Assembly: GCF_964355755.1 (NCBI RefSeq)
Contig: NC_092670.1
Coordinates: 17,842,795 to 17,906,794, forward strand
Direction of reading: 5' to 3'
DNA from: Antedon mediterranea
Taxonomy: Eukaryota > Animalia > Echinodermata
DNA length: 64,000 nucleotides
Shown here: in pieces, positions 55,909 to 64,000 of the stretch
Position numbering within the stretch: position 1 is the stretch's first letter
Layout of the letters: the number at the start of each line of letters is the position of its first letter
Made by a program: the position numbers and the translations under genes
Notes under the pieces: model-generated
What the model was told of the DNA's origin: nothing
The model's database searches: none
What the model saw: the letters and a program-made list of their open reading frames with translations, nothing else

Positions 55909-56133
55909 TCCACTTAAGGCACAAAGTTTAAATTATAGGCCTACACCTGACAAAACTGTTTGCTCTTTCTTCTAATCGGCAATTGGTTAAAACAAATGTA
56001 GCAAGAAGCTGATTGGCTCAATGTTTGTTCAAAACCTCCTACATTTAAAAAATCATTCACTTTGCTTGCAAAGTTCCAATCACGGTGTTGTTCGTTACAA
56101 TCTGCCTTCTTTCTATTTTTACTTATTATCATT

Positions 56134-59100
56134 ATGGCCGATCATGAGTTTGATGCCTTGAGAAACTATCTACAAAACAACGTTTATCCTGTAAATTATT
56201 CTGAAATATTAAAACGAAGTTTGCGACGGAAAGCCAAGAACTTTACAATTCTTCGTGATATCTTGTATTACAAACAACATTCTGGTAGATTGTTGCGTGT
56301 ATTGTTACCGAAAGAAAAAAACGAAGTGTTAAACAGTATCCATAAGCAGGCACATGGTGGTCACTTGGGTGTCAACAAAACGTAAGTTTAAAGTTTGTCA
56401 ATTAAATAATATTTAAGCTTCGATAAGTTTCTGGGTGACTTTAAAACTGTTTATATGTTTGGCCAGGTGGAATGCCATCCTGAGATGAGTATTAGTAATT
56501 AGTACAGCATTGTTTTTAAATGATTTTATACGTAATTTTACTTTCTGTGGACCACAGAATTCGAAACAAATGATTAAATGAATGAATTAAATGAATAATA
56601 ACTAATACTTATCAATTGAAAAATGTATAATGACCGTGTACATTATGAAGTTAGTATTTTATATATAGATTCAAACATATTTTTATACCTCCATGAATGA
56701 AAAATATGTTAAGTCGATAATAATTTCTACTCAATATATTATCGCAATTAATTGTATAAATATATTGAAGTTGAACATAAAATATCACATGTAAAAAATA
56801 CAAAACATATATTGGCATTCAATAATTAATCAAAAATGTTCCGAATATGAGCACTGTTTCAATAATTTGACAGATTATTATTATATAATTTACACAGTGC
56901 TACACAACGCATATATCTTTAGTTCAAAATTAAGATATCTCTTTTAATAAAGATAGATTATTTCAATTGAAAACTAAGATGTCTTACTTTTTAAAAGAAA
57001 TATCTATGTTAATAGATATTTTTTTGTAGGCTTATTACACCTCGAAAAACCAAGAAGAATACAGTACAACTAGCTCTATCTATAATAGTAATGTTTTAGT
57101 TTTATAACAGTTCATATACGGTACTCTACACGTGCCCACTGCATAACTAACACAGAAAAAAATCCACTTGTGATATTCCGAATGGGACAAGAATCTTCCA
57201 TTCTAAATATCTTGGTAAGTAAGTAATATAGAGATATCCCTCATGAGAGATATCTTAGTTTTAAATAGTGATACAAATACTTCCCGAATGAAAACTTATT
57301 CAGGTCTTGGTATAATAAATATGTTCAATATTAGTTGCTCATTCATAATGCAAAAAGCCATATCAGTATTAACTTTCGTTCATTTAAAATGTATACTTAT
57401 GAAAGAAAACACAATTTGACAAAAAAAAAGGTAAGGAAGAAGACTTTTATTATGTAACTTTAAAGTGGATTATTACATTTTTTTTAGGGAATACTTCTTT
57501 AAAAAAAACGCATTTTCAATAACAAAACTAGTTTCCAATCCCCCGGTAATGGAGTAAAACCACCTGCAGCTTATGTAATGAAAAAAATTAACACCATGTA
57601 GAACGATCAACAACGAATGTAGGAACGAAAATTGCATCCCAGCTAATGTAGGACTATCGCCAGCTAATGTAGAAAATATATATTTTACAAACCTAAATGT
57701 CTAAATCATGTGCAAATGCATCTGTTTACTTAGCTATCCATCTATCCACGTCTCGTAACCGACCAACTTTCTAAAACGACCACACATCGTAAGCAACCAA
57801 CTCTTTTAAGGGACCGTTTCTCATAATCGACTTCCTCTCTCGTAACGACAACTTTTTTGGGTGACCACCTCTATTAAACGGCCATCGTCTCTGTTAAGGG
57901 ATCGCTTCCCATAATCGACCAACTATTGTAAGTGATCACATCCTCTCATTATGGACCGCTTCTCATAATCGACCACCTCTCGTAGTAAGCGACCACCTCT
58001 CTTAACAACCACAACTCTCGTAAGCGACCGCTTTTTATTTTCGACCGCCTCTCGTAAGTGATGATCTCTTTTAGAAGACCACCATATCTCTAAATGGACC
58101 GCTTCTCATAATATACCAACTCTTGTATAAATCACCTCTCTTAAGTGACCACTTCTAATAAACGACCTCTCTGTTAGGAGACCGCTTCTCATAATCGATC
58201 ACATATCGTAAGCGACCACCTCCCTTATCGACCACATCTTTCGTAAGTGACCACCTATTTTAAAGGACCACTACCTCTCGCAATCTACCATTGTGGCTCA
58301 CTAAAAAGTACCCGGTTTCCTTAATAGGGTGTCCTCTACATTTTAAAAATAAATAAATTTAACCAGTATGTAGTGTTAAAACGTATATATTTCCCCTTGT
58401 TTATTTTTTTAAAAAAGTGGCGATTTTTATATCTACTCTGTCGCACATTCACCAAGCGTACACAATAATTCTAGTAGGACAATTAATTATTTATACTTTT
58501 CAAGTTAGTTTTTTATTGCCTGAGTGAATTATTACCAGATTGAGGGCGTAGTTATTTTGTATGGGAGGCTGCACTCAATTTGAAGTTTATATGGGGGTAT
58601 TTAGAATGTAAACACGGTACAATCAGGGAGATGTAAATCTCCCTGGTACAATGTGACACGGAATCATCACGGACTGATGGACATTTTTCATAGAAGGTAT
58701 CTTTTCCCTTTTCAATATTCATTTATCATTGTCAAATAAAAAAACTAGAAACATAGATAAATATTAAAAGTTAATTAATCAGTTGTGCCCAGTGCTTGCC
58801 TTAAACGAAAAGTTAAAATATATGGAACGCCAAACTGTAATGTTATTATAATGCATTGATGAGAATGGTGATGTGAACTGCGGTAATAAATAATAAATAA
58901 TATTAAAAAACAAAATAAAATTAAAATATTTAAAGAATCCATAATACAGTTTTAAGGTCAATAGTAAACCTACAAAGAGATTGAATATCATCAATACAAT
59001 AAACACTTTTTTTTTTTTTTAACAGTTGGAAAAAGATACGCGAAAGGTATTATTGGAAGGGGTCATTTGATGGTGTTCGTAATTTTATAGCCGCCTGTGA

Positions 59101-61954
59101 TCAGTGCCAACGGAAAGAAGTTTTAAAAAAAGCAAAAGTGCCACTTCAACCTATACCCGTAACAGATACTGCTTTCAGACAGATCGGTATGGATATTGTT
59201 GGGCCTTTGGTAAAGACAGAAAATGGTAAGGTATCTCATGACAAATTACTGAAAAACAAAAATGCTGTGACTGGATAAAAAAGCTAAATCAAAACGTAAA
59301 AGTAAAAAGCAAGAAGACATGAATGAAATACGTTCAGAAAACTTTGTAATTCATTCTTCAGGGCCTAAAATTACAGTTAATAATTAGTTCTGTTCGGCCT
59401 TTATTGTAATAGGGCTGAACTTAAATTTATTATTGTAAAGGCACAAGCGCAATTTCTGTGAGGTTTCTTGAAATTGTTAACTAAACTAAAATTATGACAG
59501 TTCTCTTTTTTACACTGTCAACAAAAACTAGATTTACCAAGAATCAGATGCTCTTATTATTGTCACCGGATTTACATCGATTATGGCTATACTGTAATAA
59601 TCTTTATTTCTGCCTGTTTTAATTTGATCCAAACCATGACTGGGGTAATACTGTTCAGCGCATAGAGGTTTTACAACATTAGGCGCTATGTAAATCCACG
59701 ATATTATTATTGTTCTTGTTCTTATTATATTTATTGATATTAATATTGTTATTATTATTGTTATTTCATTCGTACAGTTCGGGTGTTGTACATCTCATCA
59801 TGACATTTTGACACTACTATTATTACGGCTTATTATATTATTATTTGCTGTGTTTCAGGTAATCGGTACTTACTTGTATTTACGGAGTACCTTACCAAAT
59901 GGGTGGAAGCTGATGCAATTCCAGATAAATCTGCTAAAACAGTGCTGAGATCTTTTATTGATTTTGTCTGCAGACATGGAACACCTTCTATATTGATTAC
60001 AGACCAGGGTAGAGAGTTTTGTAATGAGCTGAATGACAGCTTCTGTAAGCTGATTGGGGTAGACCACAGAGTTGCCTCACCATACCATCCTCAAACAGGC
60101 GGGCAAACGGAGCGCTTTAACAGAACACTTTGCACAATGCTTATGACGTTGACCAACGCAGACCAAAATGACTGGGATATACAACTCCCATACGTGTTGT
60201 TTGCCTACAGAACATCCGAGCACAAGTCTACGAAATGTGACCCATTCTCATTAGTTTACGGTAGAAAGGCTGTGTTGCCTGTAGAATTACGTATTCCCAT
60301 CGTTTCGTCTAATAAAGATGACATATCCGGAACTGTTCCTTTAAAAATAAGAGTGGACGCTTTTTTGAAACTCAAAGATTCAAGGAGAAAGGCATCAGAA
60401 AATATCAAAAAAGCACAGAAAAAGCAAAAACATTATCATGATGCTGGTGTTAAAAGCAACACGTACTATGCAGGAGATCAAGTGCTCTTGCAGAATTCCA
60501 GAAATTTGTCAAGAAAGGGAGGCAAACTTAATGCTCGATGGACTGGTCCATATATTATAGAAAAAGTCCTCACTCACAATACATATCGACTAAAAGGAAG
60601 AAGGGCTATTGTTAACGGAAACAAGATCAGACATTACAAGTCCGATAAAACAACCTCTTTGAACTGTCCATCATCAAGCACTAAACAGAAATGTAATACC
60701 AATGATAAGCATCTCCCTCCAAAGAAACGAAAGCGAACGCCAGACATCCCACCTGAAGTAACGCACCATGATAACATACCTACATCCAAGAATGGTGATA
60801 TCACACCGGATGATCACATTATTAACATACCTACATCCAAGAATGTTGATGATAACGATAACAGACCTACATCCAAAAATTATGATATCACACCGGATGA
60901 TCACATTAACATACCTACATCCAAGAACGATGATATCACACTGGATAATCACGATAACATACCTACATTAGACAATGATAATGTCACACCGGATGATGAC
61001 CATGACAACAGTAGGCCTGTATCTGATAGTGATGTGGTATACCTCAACACGAAAACTTCAAGAAAGTTATTCTTTCCTGTCGATGCCAATTGGCAGCTTG
61101 AAAAGGCAGCACCATTTGGTATCAATGTCAAAAATTTTCACAAAACTCACTTAAAATGTGAAATGGACAAGGCAGCCAGGCCTACTAAAGTTGTTAATAT
61201 GAGAGGGGACGGCAACTGTCTTTTTAGGGCTTTGAGTTATATTCTCTTTGGTGTCCAGAACTACCATGTAGTTGTACGGGATTACATACTAAACTATATG
61301 TCCATGAACAAAAACCTATTTGAAAAAATTGAATCCAGATCATTTGAACGATACGTGGAAGACACGAGAATGGGGGAATATGGGACATGGGGTTCGGACA
61401 TCGAAATCATGGCATTTGCGACCATGTCAAATACGAATGTTTATGTTTACAGTAAATATGGAAGAAGGAAAGGGCTTCCACATTATGAATGGTTGAAATA
61501 TGCACCAATAAGTAATCAGTTTGGTGATTTAGTATCTGAAAGAAACATCTACCTATCAAACGTATGTGCACACTTTGAGCCTGTCCTGGATGTAGACAAG
61601 AAAGCTTATGATGCTGAATTAAAATACACTCGTACACCATACGCACCAATCAAAAACCACCTTGCACGGAAATACTGGGATATTGTATCCGATGTGACCC
61701 TCAATGCTGCTCTGGTAGATAATTACGAAGATGAAGCGGTAATGCGTTCCGAAGGCATTATGGACGTTATATACGTATCTGAATTCACGGACACACATTA
61801 TGACATTGAAGCAGTCAACCATCTAAAAGATGATATCGATCCAAATATATTCAATTTGCTTTGTGACATGGAACATTTCCCGGAAAGGATTCATCAGAGC
61901 AACAATGAAGTACCTGGACAATTATATGTTGATTCATACAACGTCACTCTTTAA
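56134..61954 (+). CDS. Ginger1/GIN-type DDE integrase-transposase with C-terminal OTU protease, 847 aa, two introns
   Basis: Exons 56134-56381, 59026-59225, 59859-61954 join in frame. HHCC finger (IHKQAHGGHLG...CDQC), DDE (GMDIVGP, ITDQG, QTERFN), YHPQT, WTGPY, OTU motifs GDGNCLFRALS, WGSDIE, HF. No gag, protease or RT. Confidence 0.88.
57527..58290 (+). mobile_element. single arm of the foldback family inside Ginger intron 1
   Basis: AGCTAATGTAG repeats and GCTATCCATCTATCCACGTCTCGTAA shared with 53700-53830, followed by a GACCACCTCT array. Confidence 0.65.
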
Positions 61955-62592
61955 CTGTAGGCCTACCTATGACCGGTAATCTCAACATACACAGAAGCAT
62001 TAAATGGTGAAAAGGGTATTTGTTTACCTTATAGAGGTAAGTTTCGTTAATGCTTTGATTTTTTACAGGTGCTTCCGTCAAGAGGAGATTGTCGGCTTTG
62101 TCTGAAACTCATCGACGAAGAAATACCAATTGCATTTGTCGGACCAGAAAGAAGAACATAGATTCACCACAGCGGCTAATTAAAGCGTCACCATCTTTCA
62201 TTGAATCAACAGAAGACGAATATCTGAGCATAAGTACGTCAAAGGCTCAAGGGGTCTAATGGCAGATAACAACAGATCAAATACAGTGTGTCCAGTGTAA
62301 ACATGCAATGATGTGTCATGCGCCCTGCTTTGATCGCTACAAGGATTAAAAAATTAATTAAAAAGCAGATTGTATAAAAGAATAACGCGACTAAAGGTCC
62401 GGTAAGGTAAAAGTACGTGAATTAGATTGTAAATAGTGTTTATTTTTATTGTATTTTTATGTTTAAAAAACTTTTTCATATTTACAACTCATATGATTCT
62501 GTTTCATAATGTTATGCAATTTTCTTCTATAATATGTTTTCTTTGGTCAAAGGGGCACATACAAACGTGCAACCTACCCTCGCTATGATCAT

Positions 62593-62650
62593 CAACCTTG
62601 ACGTGGTAGCGAGGCTTGCGTGCTTCCAATGTATTGGTAGCCAGACCAAT
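62593..62650 (+). mobile_element. short fragment resembling an RTE-LINE 5' end
   Basis: CCTTGACGTGGTAGCGAGGCTTGCGTG..CAATG resembles recalled RTE/BovB 5' ends; not verified. Confidence 0.3.
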
Positions 62651-62994
62651 GATGATCAATAACAAAGTAAAATAAATACAAACACACTTACTGAAACAAG
62701 TTTTAATAGCAATAAATAAATAAATAAATAAATATTTTTCTGTAACTATTGTTCATTATCATTACACTATTATTATTTTATCCTGTTAATATAAGTAATG
62801 ATCAATGATATATAATTTATGTTTACAAAACTCGTTCATATTTACAACTCATTCTGACAAGACAACAACATTTAATATTTTTGTAATTCACAATTCATAC
62901 ATTTATTTGTAATGTATTCATGAATTTGCTTTTCCTTCATCCAATCTACATAGTAGATGGATGAAGCTATTGTTCTAACCACGTGACTATGTAG

Positions 62995-63507
62995 CATAGA
63001 ACATTAATTCTAAACCGCCCGGTAATATACTGAAATTTAATTAATTAATTTGAAACGATAAAGATGAGGAAATCTGTGAGAATGAGTTAAAGTCGCCCCA
63101 ACCGAGACTCGAACTCGGACCGCCTGCTTGATATGCAGATGTCCTAACCGTTAGACCACTGGGGCTTTCACGGTATTGTTCGAACTCGATTGGATAGCGA
63201 CTCTTTAACATTCTCGGCGTGGTACGGCGGAACAGCACTAGTCCTCAGTTGTAAACACAACAGGCATAGAAATAAATTCCAAACCGCCCGGTGATACACT
63301 GAAAATGATTTAATTAATTTTTGAAACGATAAAGATGAGGAAATCTGAGAGAATGAGAAAAAGTCGCCCCAACCGAGGCTCGAACTCGGACCGTCGGCTT
63401 GATATGCAGTTGCCCTAACCATTAGACCACTAGGGCTTTCATGGTATTGTTCTTTAACTCGACCGGATAACGACCCTTTAACATTCTCGGCGTGGTACGG
63501 TTGGAAC

Positions 63508-63508
<1 letters not shown>
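62995..63508 (-). mobile_element. two tandem copies of the tRNA-like-containing repeat
   Basis: 271-bp period; cloverleaves at 63094-63165 and 63365-63436. Confidence 0.85.
63094..63165 (-). pseudogene. tRNA-like cloverleaf with ATC anticodon (Asp-type), probably a pseudo-tRNA
   Basis: GCCCCAG TG GTCT AACGGTTA GGAC A TCTGC ATATCAA GCAGG CGGT CCGAG TTCGAGT CTCGG TTGGGGC G; all four stems pair. Confidence 0.7.
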
Positions 63509-63510
<2 letters not shown>

Positions 63511-63600
<90 letters not shown>

Positions 63601-63613
63601 ATTTGTTATATTT

Positions 63614-63680
<67 letters not shown>
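63511..63680. repeat. (AT)n microsatellite, two blocks
   Basis: Read directly. Confidence 0.98.
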
Positions 63681-63686
<6 letters not shown>

Positions 63687-63759
63687 GTATTTGTTATATT
63701 TACAATAATGTACACTTGTTACTGAACTATGGAGAATTTTTTTTTTCCGAAATAAAAGA

Positions 63760-64000
63760 AGAATGAATGAATGAATTTATTTTCAATCTTTCTACATAAC
63801 AACAAATATATAGTATAACAGGGGAGTAGCGGAAAAGCAAAAGTAAAGTAAATTTGAACCAGCCAAACATGTATGAAACATTATCCAGTAAGCACATTTT
63901 ATAAGAAGCTTTTGTTTATTAAAATGGGTTTCTCTGAAATTCCAGAAGTTTATTAAACATTGAAAATAACACAATCGCCTTTAAACAAAATGCTGTTCAA
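63760..64000 (-). mobile_element. probable LINE 3' end running off the window
   Basis: Minus-strand AATAAA followed by an (ATTC)n tail. Confidence 0.4.

Noticed and set aside
55479-61954. Gypsy LTR retrotransposon
   Set aside because: No gag, protease, RT or second LTR; the integrase gene has spliceosomal introns.
49612-61954. Functional SUMO plus OTU protease module
   Set aside because: OTU enzymes typically act on ubiquitin rather than SUMO, and adjacency of a transposon-derived gene is not evidence of linkage.
62037-62068. GTAAGT...TTTTTACAG mini-intron extending the Ginger gene
   Set aside because: Only 32 nt long and downstream of the stop; cannot be supported without transcripts.
63422-63725. 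YI-repeat ORFs
   Set aside because: Artefacts of the (AT)n microsatellite.

Overview
AT-rich, intron-containing animal genomic DNA, probably a marine invertebrate (species not determinable from the sequence). All gene models were spliced by hand from GT-AG sites and phase compatibility. Genes in order: ARF1 (+), ABITRAM/FAM206A (+), two tandem myostatin/GDF11-like TGF-beta genes (-), SUGCT (-), tRNA-Asn (-), MSL1 (+), SUMO1 (-), and an intact intron-containing Ginger/GIN-type integrase fused to an OTU protease (+). The most striking architecture is in the TGF-beta pair: each gene has one prodomain (exons 1-2) followed by TWO complete, phase-0, divergent mature-ligand exons, so two genes can encode four ligands by choice of last exon. 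Other notable patterns are three minisatellites that multiply real splice sites, a strong excess of TAGGCCTA motifs (one pair in-frame in MSL1), an Academ-type element with ~1.1 kb TIRs, a solo LTR upstream of the Ginger gene, and a repeat carrying a tRNA-like cloverleaf with an ATC anticodon. Repeat family names are pattern-based and need database confirmation.
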